Shown here in pieces: positions 40,285 to 53,215 of a stretch of DNA of 64,000 bases (positions are counted from its first letter, which is position 1; every line of letters starts with the position of its first letter). This stretch comes from Octopus sinensis (Eukaryota). The stretch is from assembly GCF_006345805.1 (NCBI RefSeq), contig NC_042999.1, positions 116,498,001 through 116,562,000 of the forward strand, read 5' to 3'. Position numbers and translations under genes: made by a program. The notes below the pieces were generated by a model, which saw only the letters and a list, made by a program, of their open reading frames with translations, did not search any database and was not told the origin of the DNA.

Positions 40285-41682
40285 TAAATAACTCAGTATT
40301 TTGTGTTCTGACTTCTATCACAGTTTTCTTTTTGCTCGAGGATCCCCACCCCACAATCCTATCACTACTATCTGTGCCATATCTCATGCTGAGTTTTCGA
40401 TTCCCACCCCCATGTCCTAGAAGATAACGCCGTCATTTGTCAGATACCGGATTTAACTATACTTCATAAACATGTAAGCAACGAATATCTTACATTGTTT
40501 ATATTTAATATAACTGTTCCGGAACAATAAATGTTGTACATTATCAATTACCAACATAATAATAAATATATCTAAGCATATTCCGCTATGAGAAGCATTT
40601 AGTGTTGATATACTGGTTTTGACAGAAAATGGCCCAAACAAAATTCAAAATCATGAACATGATGACGTACTTGTTCTCTTTCTCTCTTTAGCTTAACACG
40701 AGACTCCATTGTTGCAACACTAAATATGTTTCAATTAATTATATTAATTGGTGGTAACGTTACAAGCTAGTAGGCTACCAGAGGTTTTGTGGAAGGTCAT
40801 AGATTCCATCACCGAATCTGCCGAGAAGGTTTTGATAAAGAGGGTACACCAGCGGCTTGTTGCTGCTGTTGGGATGCAAGTTGGAGTTTGATCAAACCCG
40901 GTTGGGTCATCTGGTTGAAGGGGCCCTGATTCCGAAAGACTACTTCCCACCAGACTCCAATAACATTACAGATGATGCATTCCAGAGCCACCGTAATATG
41001 TGACTTCAAACTATATGATGTCATTCGTTTTCTAAAATTTCCGTCAAAATTCTTTTGTGAATACATTAATCTCGTGCACATAAGTAAGTGTCACCAAAGA
41101 ATCAAACATGATGTTTATTGACAATCTCAAACTTACCTTTGTAAATAGGATAGAACTAAATACTTTAATAGTCTAAGAGAAACTTTTACAGAGAAAAAAA
41201 AATTGTTCCACAAGCAATTTAGCCGGATGTTGCTGTTGTTGTTTTGCTCTAGGTCAAGCTTGATTATGTAGATTTTTTTAATGAAAGCCTTATTACCGTG
41301 ATCATCCTGTCATTTATTTCTTCTTATGCTGATTTATTATCTAATGTACCCTCCATTATTTTAATGACTATGTAGAGTGACTTTAAGAAGATTTGGCTGC
41401 TAATTCTAGCGGTGGAGTGAGTAACCACATAGAAGCTTCCACGTTGGCTCGCAGTTTATCAGGTAAATCAGAGGATATAGCAATAAAAGATCAGTAGGCT
41501 GGTTGAAGCACAAACTCTTATCAAAGTGGGTTAATTTTATTAGAGTAAGAATTGACAAAACCTGGTGAGATAAGTTAGTGTCGACTCCGTGGTAGAGTAG
41601 ATAAAAGCGTCATTCATATAGTGTGTGTGTGTGTGTGTGTGATAGTATATCAACAAAAATTTTTAAATTGTATAGCACCTGG

Positions 41683-41764
<82 letters not shown>

Positions 41765-42386
41765 CGTGCGTGATAGTGAGTGTGTGTGTGTGAGAATAAG
41801 TAAATGTTTTCTTTCCCCTCTTTTTTAAAAGTAAATACAAACCGGAAGCTATATTTGAAAACGAGGTTTAAAGGAAATCCTATAAGGAAATTTTCGGTAA
41901 AAACTGACCATGTAAAAGAGACATGGAAACTGATTACGATAATGATAAAAATTAGAGGCAAACTGTGTAAAACCATACACATTTTATTCATATTTGAAGT
42001 GAGTTCAAGTAAAATAAAAATGGGTAACTGGAAAAACAAATCAAAAGGAAACAAAGAAAAATACGAAAACCGAGATTTGCTTTGGTAAAGAAATAAAAAT
42101 ACTATGGTATAATTGTTCAAGTTATCCTGACTGTTGTTGAAACTTTGAGAACAACTATAAAATAGCAGCTTAAAAAAAAGAAACGACGTAAATTTGAATT
42201 GACAGGTGTGGTTGTTGACGTGTATTCCAGGTCAACTTTGATCGTGCTGACGTATGACACGCAGGTAAAAGTAGCAACTGAAGGACTACATGCAATGCCG
42301 AATCGCATGGGAGTTGGGGAGCGTGCTGTGAGGACATACTGTACTTGTCAGCTGTCCTGTTTCTGTGTGCTTGTACATTCTTGTAG

Positions 42387-42496
42387 GAGTTGGAGCGGAT
42401 TTGGACAAAATGAGTGGTGTCCTAGCCGAAGAAATGAGAACAACTCCTACTAAAATTAGCTGTCAGTTCTCTTTCAAATATTACCTATCATCTTGA
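42387..42496 (+). other. Candidate exon with possible start codon (MSGVLAEEMRTTPTKIS...)
   Basis: Pyrimidine-rich acceptor ending TTCTTGTAG, upstream donor CAG|GTAAAA at 42265, ATG at 42410 with A at -3. Confidence 0.25.
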
Positions 42497-42868
42497 AATG
42501 ATTTAATTGTTACTCATGTTAGTGTCGTGAACATCTGACAAATCCTTCACTCTTGAAGAGAATTATTATCAAGATACGAATCCGGTTAACATGCAATTTA
42601 TCGTTGTAAAAAAGTGAAAGTAAATTGCGACAGAAACTGGCAGTGACGACAGTGGCATGCTAGAATTTCATAAAACACGTTAATATCCGATGGGTGGGTT
42701 TCCTAAGTGGCTCACAGTAACTTCTATACTCACGATGCTGTCAAGCATTCATTCAATTTTGTTGATCCAAACGATGACAGCGTCCATGCATAAACTATGG
42801 AAGGACAATGGATGCTCGCCAAGAAGTACTTAGGCGACAATGTGGGACAAGTGATGATTTATTTATAT

Positions 42869-43228
42869 CGCGCAGGAGTGGCTGTGTGGTAAGTAACTTG
42901 CTTACTAACCACATGATTCCGGGATCATTCCCACTGCGTGGCACCTTGGGCAGGTGTCTTCTACTTGCAAGTGTCTTCTACTCGGGCCGACCAAAGCCTG
43001 AAAGAAGCCCGTCGAATATATGTATATTTATATGTATGTGTGTGTATATATGTTTGTGTGTCTGTGTTTGTCCCCCAACATCGCCTGACAACCGATAGTG
43101 GTGTGTTTTCGTTTCCGTAACTTAGCGGTTCGGCAAAAGAAACCGATAGGATAAGTACTAGTCTTCCAAAGAATAAAAGCGGTGCTCCAGCATGACCGCA
43201 GTCAAATGGCTGAAACAAGTAAAAGAGT
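42869..43228 (+). mobile_element. SINE family A
   Basis: Same family. Confidence 0.85.
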
Positions 43229-43912
43229 GATTTATATCACTTCTTCATGTTCTCTCAAACCTAGAGAACATGAAAAAATATTCATTAATGTCATCTTGTG
43301 CATCAATGACTTAAATTTTCTCGTAAATGCGATTGTTGTCAACTTATTTTAAAATTCCTATTTTGTTTTTCACGCATTAATTTGTGTAGATTGAACCACG
43401 TAAAATGTTTCTTGCAATACATACAAATACATACATCTAATGCAAAATTCTTTCAGGATCCCCAATTTACTATCTGTACACTATACTTGGTAGCTCTTTA
43501 AGCAACGAGTTCATGGGTGGTTAATGAGTTGAATACGGTGCTGAAGACAGAGCATACACCCATTACCTATTTTTACACCTTTAACTACATTGTTTACATT
43601 TGATGTATTCGGATCCGAAAAGTCGTAACAAATCAGTGCTGGCAATAATTTCTATAGAAAATCTGTAGATAACCTTAAAAAATGATTTAATAGCACTGCT
43701 AACACAGTAGGACACAGTATTGACGTATAAAGCGTTTAATATACTTTATAGCATATGATTACATAACAAAATACGGTGTCCCTACAAGTAACTAATATAT
43801 ACGTACCAGCTGCCATGAATGTGTTTAAAATGTAAAATTGGTATATCTAATCGTGTTACACCGCTATATTTAGTGGCTATTTAAGCAATGAGTTCGTGGA
43901 TGGTCAATAGGT

Positions 43913-43967
43913 TGGATGTGGTGCTGAAGAAGGAGAAAGGACTTCTGAAATATGCATATAAACCCAT
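43913..43967 (+). ncRNA. Type I hammerhead motif, AUA triplet
   Basis: GGUG-CUGAAGA-AGGAG-AAAGGA-CUUCU-GAAA-UAUGCAUA-UA-AACCC. The first stem I pair is mismatched (G.A). Confidence 0.7.
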
Positions 43968-44155
43968 TACCTATTTTCCCATCTTAGATCGCATAGTTTA
44001 CAATAGAAGCATTCGGATAAGAAACGTTGTAATAAATCAGTGCTGGCTATAATTCTATAGAAATTCTGTGCAGATAACCGTAAAAAGTGGTTTCCATATC
44101 ATATAGAATATATGTACGTTATATATCTTGGCTATGTTACATACATTGTTTAAGT

Positions 44156-44487
44156 CAGGGGTTCTCAACAATTTTTTTTTAATTATCTATGGACCCCTTT
44201 GATTACTATATTATTCTGGTGGACCCCCATAGCCATTCGATGTTTAAAAACTAGCTCTAAAGAAATTTATTTTAAATCCTTATTTTGTTTTTCTCGCATT
44301 AATTTGTGTAGGTTGAACCATGAAAAATGTTTCTTACAATACATACCAATACATACATCTAAAGCGAAAATTTTTCAGGGCCCTTAAAATACTATTGTAG
44401 ATCCCCAATTTACTGTTTTGTTATGTGAACCCTTAAAAATCTTTATGGACCCTCGGGGGCCATATGAACCCCTGCTGGGAACCACTG
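44156..44487. mobile_element. hAT-type MITE
   Basis: Ends CAGGGGTTCTCAAC and GCTGGGAACCACTG. Degenerate 8-bp TSD GTTTAAGT/GCTTAAAT. Homologous copies at ~54651-55126 and ~43345-43470. Confidence 0.8.
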
Positions 44488-45129
44488 GCTTAAATGAAAT
44501 TTTAGGAGGCCACTGTTAAAACTTCCGGTTTCTAACACAATTTACTTTCGTTTTTTTTTAAAGAGAATTACTTTCATACGATGGTATATTCCTTGCAAAC
44601 CTATGACTGTTGGGAAAATTTGTGACGGTGCAAGGTTAGGGTATTCATTTCTATCTTAATTAACATTATTGCCTTAAAGATGGAAAATGGTTTTCAAATG
44701 GTTTAAATCAGGAATTGGAATTGTATCGTCTACGAACATAGCTGACTTTAACTTTACCTATTTTTATTTTACCGCATTTCGTTAATCTTGGTGGTACTGC
44801 TATTGGCGGTGATGGTGACGGAGGTGATTTTAGTGGTCTTGGTGGTCTTGGCAACAGTGGCGGCGACGACGAAAATGATAATGATGATGATGATGACGAG
44901 GACAACGACGACGACGACGATGATAATGATCATGGCAACGAGACGACGACGAAGATGATGACGAGATGATAATGATGACGACGACAATGATGATATGTAG
45001 ATGTTGTTGTTGATGATGATGATGATGATGATCAAGGACACAATCCTCGTTATACTGATCATAGGTCAGCTCGATTTAGGCTAATCACGAACCAAAACAA
45101 CAATTCAACAACAACAACTATTACTACTA

Positions 45130-45165
<36 letters not shown>

Positions 45166-45944
45166 TTGCTGCTGCAGCCACTGCTACTGCTGCTACCACT
45201 ACTATGATCCGTGTCACCAGTTAACTGTGCGCTGTGTACACAGCGTATGGTTCTGTATCATCTGCTTTGAAAGTTTTTTTCATTTTTTATTTCTATTCGA
45301 CTATCTCTTACGTGGATGTCTAACTACCTGCTCCTGACTATAGAAATGTCCACAGTATTTCCTTTCTTATATGTCTTATCTGGGTACAGAGGTCGTCAAG
45401 GGTGTCTGCCTAACTGGCAACAGATATCGCACTGAAAGTAATTTTTTTTTTCTTTTTTTTTCCATTTTCTTTTCTATTCTTTAGACGAGCCTTTACCTTG
45501 CTTTTGTCACTGAACAAAAGCAGTTGTTCAAATATATTTTTTAACCTGGTTATATATATATAGGACTCGATGTCCTCTATCTTATCTGGATAAAGCATGG
45601 TTGTTGCTTGTTGCTCTAGCTTACCTGTAAAGAGGCAGTGAATCTATCATGCCTACTTAACTGTAGAGAGTTGGCAAAGTCGTTATAGGGCTTACTATGA
45701 ATTAGTTCTAGTTCGCTGTTTTACAAGTTCAAATCTCGATGGGTTCAACTTTGTTTTTCATACCTTCGGTGTCAAAAATTATAAATATAATGCAAGTCCT
45801 GTTCAAGTAAAATATTTGTGTATACAATGTATATATATATATTTTTTTACCTCATTCCCCCTTTTTTCTTTCTTCACTTTATCCTTTTTCGTACCCGCCC
45901 TCCCCAGTTGTGGTAAATAAAAGAAATTATTGTTATTGTCTATG

Positions 45945-46420
45945 GTGAAAGAGGTTGTGTGGAAGACGAGGTTGAACGGATTGAGGAAAGAAACTTACCT
46001 GTAAGGTTAAGCCCTCATAGGATTTTTAAGGTTCCATCTACAAAGGAAAGTGAGGGCGGAGGGGTAAGTGATCTCACACATTGAATTTGCCAAAGAGTTT
46101 CGACTGTAGCAAAAAGGATTAAACAACCTTCTCCAAGCAGGCCCCTGTAGATTCGAGAACAACAGTTGGGTGAGGGCTTGTGCCCTTCGTGATCCGAGTG
46201 ATCCTGGATCTATGGGATTCCTTGAAAGGCTTTTCAATGGAGGACTGAATCATCATCCATATTTACGTATTTTTAATACTATGTATACCTTTTTTTAAAT
46301 CTCATTCCTTGCTTCTCTCCCTTTTCCCCTTTGTCTTTAATGTAAAACCCTACACAACTTGTAAACTGTACTTGTATTCCTCATCTGATGCTTCTGTGAC
46401 AAATAAAAAAGCATCACCAT
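45945..46420 (+). mobile_element. Probable L1/Tx1-like ORF2 extreme C-terminus plus 3' UTR
   Basis: MVKEVVWKTRL..GFLRFHLQRKVRAE with stops, then a T-rich UTR and AAATAAAAA into a microsatellite. Family assignment is from recall only. Confidence 0.45.
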
Positions 46421-46472
46421 CATAATCATCATCATCATCATCATCATCATTATTATTATTATTATTATCATC

Positions 46473-46504
<32 letters not shown>

Positions 46505-47209
46505 AATTATTATTATTATTATTATAATTATTATTATTATTATTATATTCTTTTTCTGGATTATACATGGTGTTATCCAAAGATCCAACTTTGTCACACT
46601 ATATTACACTGACTGACGCGGTCTGAGAATTGCATTATGGGTACACATATTTTTGGAATACATAGACGTTTATACGTTAATTTCATGTGGAACTCATTTG
46701 TTCACGAGGAACAAATGAATACTCATCGTCGTGACTGACGGAGAATCTACCACAAAGTATAGATAGCTGTTAATTGGTGTTCTGGGAATAGCACTAATAT
46801 TCCATATTCTATCTCACCTGGATACATAGAACACAGCTATTGCGAGTTGCTTTAAACTTACCTGTGTGTATAAATAACAGTTATTAATTGATATTCTGAG
46901 AAGAGAGCGATGTCTTGATGTTGGATCTTATCAGAGTATATGTAGATAAACATAATCAACTCCTAAACACTATATACAGATAACAAAACTCCCCAAAGAA
47001 CTAACAGTTGTTTAGATTTTTTTATCTGCATATATTCATTACATAAAGTGCTTTTTTTTTTATTTATTTGAATATTAATGTTGATTAACGTTGCAGTTTT
47101 TATCTTTATTTCAGTACACGGTCATTTACAACTTAAAGAAACGTAAATGATATTTTAAATAAAAAAGGAAAAATAATGGTAAAAATGAGAACGAGGCGTG
47201 ATTCTTCTT

Positions 47210-48105
47210 CACTGTTCATGTAATACATTAAGGCCTCCTTATTGTTCACTGTTCATGTAATACATTAAGGCCTCGTCACTGTTCACTGTTCATGTAATAC
47301 ATTAAGGCCTCGTCACTGTTCACTGTTCATGTAATACATTAAGGCCTCCTCACTTTTCATGTAATACATTAAGGCCTCCTCACTGTTCACTGTTCATCTT
47401 ATACATTAAGGCCTCCTCACTGTTCACTGTTCATGTAATACATTAAGGTCTCCTCACTGTTCCCTGTTCATGTAATACATTAAGGCCTCCTCATTGTTCA
47501 CTGTTCATGTAATACATTAAGGCCTCCTCACTGTTCACTGTTCATGTAATACATTAAGGCCTCCTCACTGTTCACTGTTCATGTAATACATTAAGGCCTC
47601 CTCACTGTTCGCTGTTCATGTAATACATTAAGGCCTCCTCACTTTTCATGTAATACATTAAGGCCTCCTCACTGTTCACTGTTCATGTAATACATTAAGG
47701 TCTCCTCACTGTTCCCTGTTCATGTAATACATTAAGGCCTCCTCACTGTTCACTGTTCATCTAATACATTAAGGCTTCCTCACTGTTCACTGTTCATGTA
47801 ATACATTAAGGTCTCCTCACTGTTCACTGTTCATGTAATACATTGAGGCCTCGTCACTGTCCATTGTTCATGTAATACATTAAGGTTTCCTCACTGTTCA
47901 CTGTTCATGTAATACATTAAGGTCTCCTCACTGTTCCCTGTTCATGTAATACATTACGGCCTCCTCACTGTTCACTGTTCATATAATACATTACGGCTTC
48001 CTCACTGTTCACTGTTCATGTAATACATTAAGGCCTCCTGACTGTTCACTGTTCATGTAATACGTTAAGGTCTCCTCACTGTTCCCTGTTCATGTAATAT
48101 ATTAA
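47210..48105. repeat. 37-bp minisatellite, ~25 units
   Basis: Consensus CACTGTTCACTGTTCATGTAATACATTAAGGCCTCCT, two 30-bp deletion units, no spacers. Confidence 0.97.
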
Positions 48106-48719
48106 AATCTTTCACACCGATTCAGTTTTTTGTCATCTTTTAATTTTTTAATTTTTCAATTTTTAATTTTGTCATTTTTCTACATTTTCTATGTTTTTTT
48201 TTTCAACTTTCATTCTTAGCTTTTGGTTTCCTCATCGCTGATTGCTAACTTCTCAAGTATCACTTTCTTCTACTTGTTCGTCTCTCCTATCTTAGCTTTA
48301 TATCACTTAGCATAGCACTACAACATCTCACCACCCTACTACGGCGTTACCCTCTTACCACTCTGTACTAGTCTTCTCCACAAAGTCTTGTCCCCTTCTG
48401 AAGGAAGGCAAGTTTTAATCCAATTATAAATTAAATACTACAATCTAAGAATTTTAATAATGGTTTCTCTTTTACTTGTTTCACTCATTAGACTGCAGCC
48501 ATGCTATAGTACCGCCTGAAGAATTTTTAGTCAAATGTATCGACCCCAATACTCATCTTTTTAAAGCCTGGCACTTATTCTATGGGTTTCTTTTGCCGAA
48601 CTGCTAAGTTACAGGAACGTAAAGCGCACCGGTTGTCAAGCGGTGGTGGAGACACATAGGTGTATATATATATACACCTATGTGTGTATCTCTTTCTGTC
48701 TGTATATATATATATATAT

Positions 48720-49013
48720 GGAGGCGCAATGGCCCAGTGGTTAGGGCAGCGGACTCGCGGTTTCGATTCCCAGATCGGGCGTTGTGAGTGTTTATTGAGC
48801 GAAAACACTTAAAGCTCCACGAGGCTCCGGCAGGGAGTGGGTTGGCGATCCCTGCTGTACTCTTTCGCCACAAGTTTCTCTCTCTCTTTCTTCTGTTGGC
48901 CTGCTCGCTTAGCCAGCGGGGTGGCGTCATTTGAAGGCTAAAACAATGCGAAGTGCATTGTGACCAGCGATGTGTAGCAACATCTGATAGACTGGTCGGT
49001 CACGGTGATCACG
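48720..49013 (+). mobile_element. tRNA-derived SINE family C
   Basis: GGAGGCGCAATGGCCCAGTGGTTAGG (A-box-like) and TTCGATTCC (B-box-like). Related heads at 3592-3693 and 58115-58385. Confidence 0.8.
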
Positions 49014-49014
49014 T

Positions 49015-49049
<35 letters not shown>

Positions 49050-49053
49050 CTTC

Positions 49054-49091
<38 letters not shown>

Positions 49092-49206
49092 TATATAATA
49101 TATATATATATATATAGTAGAAGTCACTTGCCGAATGTGCCACGCAGTGGAACTGAACTCGAAACCATGTGATAGGGAAGCAAGCTTCTACCACACCTGC
49201 GCCTTT

Positions 49207-49248
<42 letters not shown>

Positions 49249-49256
49249 TAATAATA

Positions 49257-49301
<45 letters not shown>

Positions 49302-50094
49302 TAATAATAATAATAAGAAGAAGAAGAAAAGAAGAAGAAGAAGAAAAGAAGAAGAAGAAGAAGAAGAAGAAGAAGAAGAGCAACAACAACAACAACAAGG
49401 ATTCAGTTTTTATTAACCACAAAGGGTTTTCATTAAGAAAAACATTAAGGACAGTACAGGACAAAACAAAGAATGGGTGTGTGCATGTGTATGTGAGTGT
49501 ATTGTTGTGAGGGTCTTGCGTGCAAAGAAAAAGAACAAATTAAACAATGTGTATTCCTCAATAAAGAAGAAACATTCGAGAGCTGCTCATGGAAAAACCT
49601 CATAAAAACCACAGGTACCCTTTTTTTCTTTCTTTTTTCCAATACAGGCGTATTCTCAGGTCAGGCCCGTTTATACGCCCCAGTCTCGCCACTTTCATCT
49701 ACCTATCAGCAAACTGGCTAAAAGACAACACTTCTCCCTCTATCCCTATTTTCCCTTTCAACACACGAGAATTCATACGATTATCCAAAAAACCGAAAAA
49801 AAAAAATTGGCAGGGCTGCGTGATTGAAGGCCTATCTGGTTGTTATTTTTAGCACATCTCATTACCACTTCAATGTGGAGAGTATATTTGTCAACACGTG
49901 CTTTCTCGCAGACAAAAGAGTTCTCATGCTTGAATTATTAATATGGAAATAGGCATGAATGTGTCCGTGGCTTACGATTGGCTAAAATTACCCAAAATTA
50001 AAAACTATTAACTCTTTATTTATCGATTTATGACGAAAATGAATTTCAATACATTAATTAGAATATAAAACGATATCATTACACCGAATAGGAC

Positions 50095-50400
50095 ATCAAT
50101 TGGAACAGAAATTGAAGAGATTGAAACCAAACAGAAAAGACGATTTGAAGTGGAAAATACGCAGGTTGGGGGCAATGAAGAGAGTGGACGTGATACCAGC
50201 AGTAATTCGCGCTCTTGGAAATATCAGCACTCAACTACCAAACATGGCTCAAAAAAATTGGTACAAATGTAAAGATAGAACACTTACAGAGATCATCATT
50301 GCTTGGAACTGCAAGAGTTCTCCGCAGGGTTCTTGAAGCATGACCAGTAAACAAGCGCTACCGCAGTGTGCTAGCCGTAGACAGCAGACATTTTCTATCA
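50095..50400 (+). mobile_element. Decayed R4-like REL 3' fragment
   Basis: LKWKIRRLGAMKRVDVIPAVIRALGNIS, and LGTARVLRRVLEA in a shifted frame. Confidence 0.7.
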
Positions 50401-50633
50401 TACCCAGCAAAATAAGCTGAGAGTTTTCCCCAAATAATAAAGCTTTCAAATTTTGCCCCAAGAGCAGTAATTTTCTGAGAGAGAATGAGTCGATTATATC
50501 GACCCCAGGGTTCAACTGGTACTTATCGACCTCGAAAGGTAAAGTCGACATCGGCGGAATTTGATCTCAGAACGTAGTGACGGCCGAAATACCGCTAAGC
50601 ATTTCTCCCGGCGCACAAACGACTCTGTAAGCC

Positions 50634-50634
<1 letters not shown>

Positions 50635-50712
<78 letters not shown>

Positions 50713-50879
50713 TGATGATGATGATGATGATGATAATAATAATAATAATGATAATAATAATAATGATAATAATGATAATAATAATAATAATATTAATAAT
50801 AATGATGATGATGATAATAATAATAATAATGATAATAATAATAATGATAATAATGATGATAATAATAATAATAATAATA

Positions 50880-50918
<39 letters not shown>

Positions 50919-50935
50919 TGATAATGATAATAATG

Positions 50936-50981
<46 letters not shown>

Positions 50982-50983
50982 TG

Positions 50984-51015
<32 letters not shown>

Positions 51016-51030
51016 GATGATGATAATAAT
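50635..51030. repeat. Compound (AAT)n/(GAT)n microsatellite
   Basis: Seen directly. It explains the poly-N/D/I/M ORFs. Confidence 0.95.
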
Positions 51031-51942
51031 CCTTTCTACTAAAGACACAAGGCCCGAAATGGGGGATGATGATGATGATGAGGAGGAGGAGGAGGAGGAT
51101 GTTGATGTGGGATTACATGGAAGGCTTGTAACCAGTAAAATACAAATTAGGTTGCTAGATGTGGGTACTACTGCAATGGTGACAAAGCAACATTTTTTTT
51201 CCAATTATTTGCCACCTTTCGGACTAAATACAGTCGAAGCGACACTATCTGCTTTTTCTTTATTATTATTTTTTTCTACCTTGTTTACTCACTTCAGGAC
51301 GAATGGCCAAGACCCTAAAACCCTAGATTCTCCACTTCTCAAAGAGATTTTTCTTCTGAATTAACTCTGATATTGTCTATTCGTACCAGACACTGAACTT
51401 CACCAAAGTTTCTTTTTTTTTTTATTTATATTTAACCCTATTTTACTTTGGTACATGTATTTCTTTTTAGATTCTGTCTTATCTGGGTACCGGTAGTTAT
51501 CCAAAAGATTGTGATTTCTGTTTATCATCTAAATATAGAGTAATGAACCATCAGTTGGTGCAGCACGGCAGTTTGTCGGTTCTGTGAATGGTTTGACTAT
51601 ATATAGAAATGTAACGCACCCACATACACACATATGCGAGCATGAGTGAAGTGTAGTCACTCAAGCACACACACATTAGCATATGCACACACACACACAT
51701 ACAGGTATACAGGCAATGGTAGATATGCATTAGATGAAATATATATATATATATATATATTAATACAGACACGAACTGAGACGTACATACGATCATTGTA
51801 ATAAATATTTCTATATATCCTTATACACACACACATACACGCACACACTATATAATATATATGTATATCTATCTATCTATCTTTCTTTCTTTCTATCTAT
51901 CTATCTATATCTATATATGTATATGTATATATATATATATAC

Positions 51943-51995
<53 letters not shown>

Positions 51996-52108
51996 CTTAT
52001 ATATACATACATATATATGTATATATATATATATATATTATATATATATATATATATATACATACATATGTATATTATATATATGCTATGCATATCTATT
52101 TGTCTCTT

Positions 52109-52161
<53 letters not shown>

Positions 52162-52724
52162 TATATATATATAAATACTCACACACAGACATACACATAT
52201 ATGTATTTTACTTGTGTGTGTGTAGATTAATAGACAAATAGGGAGATTTGTTTAATCACACACACACAATATGGAAATAATATTTTGCGCGCGTATACGA
52301 GTGTGAGTTGTGTTTTAACACGTACACAGACTTCTAAATAGGCGGAGGCAAGATCTTCGCCAGACAGGCCGGCAGGTTGTTTGCCTTTTACTAGATATGG
52401 ACTTGTAAGCACAGTGCAGGCGTATTTTGGGGTGTGAATCTCCTGTGACGTATAGCCTAGCGCCCCTAGTTACGCACTTGCCAACCGACCGACCGACAGA
52501 CAGACCAGCCAACCAACAGACAGACCAGCCAACCGACTAAACGAATTCGCTAGTAACACAGCCATACTTACTCTCTTATACATTCACAGATGTAGTAATT
52601 TATACATAGATTCGTGCATGTAAATCATGTAAATTCAGAAAGATGGATATATGATGCATGTATGTTGTTTATATGTGTGTAATTAAGCAAAGCGCGCGAA
52701 TACACTTCCCGCATATATATATAT

Positions 52725-52756
<32 letters not shown>

Positions 52757-52761
52757 ATATA

Positions 52762-52965
52762 TACTCTTTACTCTTTACTCTTTTACTTGTTTCAGTCATG
52801 TACTGGAGCACCGTCTTTAGTCGAGCAAATCGACCCCAGGACTTATTCGTTTTTACGGCTAGTACTTATTCTATCGGTCTTTGTTGCCGAACCGCTAAGT
52901 TACATGGACGTAAACACACCAGCATCGGTTGTCAAGTGATGTTGAGGGACAAACACAGACACACA

Positions 52966-53021
<56 letters not shown>

Positions 53022-53215
53022 CACGCGCACGCACACACACACACACACATATACATATATACGACAGGCTTCTTTCAGCTTCCGTCTACCAAATCCACTC
53101 ACAAGGCTTTGATCGGCTCGAGGCTATAGTAGAAGACACCTGCCCAAGGTGCCACGCAGTGGGGCTGAACCCGGAACCATGTGGTTTGTAAGCAAGCTAC
53201 TTAGCACACACGCCT
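52762..53215 (-). mobile_element. SINE family A
   Basis: Same family. Further partial copies at ~5350-5570, 16272-16434, 25770-25890, 30290-30430, 34140-34350, 48468-48660, 53420-53620 and 53700-53898. Confidence 0.88.

Noticed and set aside
47210-48105. CRISPR array (37-bp, partly palindromic repeats)
   Set aside because: Units are contiguous with no unique spacers, there are no cas genes, and the context is eukaryotic.
47210-48105. Each minus-strand unit reads AGGAGG-5 nt-ATG-MYYMNSEQ-TGA, like a Shine-Dalgarno-led mini-ORF
   Set aside because: Shine-Dalgarno initiation is not used for animal nuclear genes and nothing nearby looks bacterial; treated as coincidence.
50512-51364. Long poly-N/D/I/M ORFs on both strands
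   Set aside because: Translations of (AAT)/(GAT) microsatellites.
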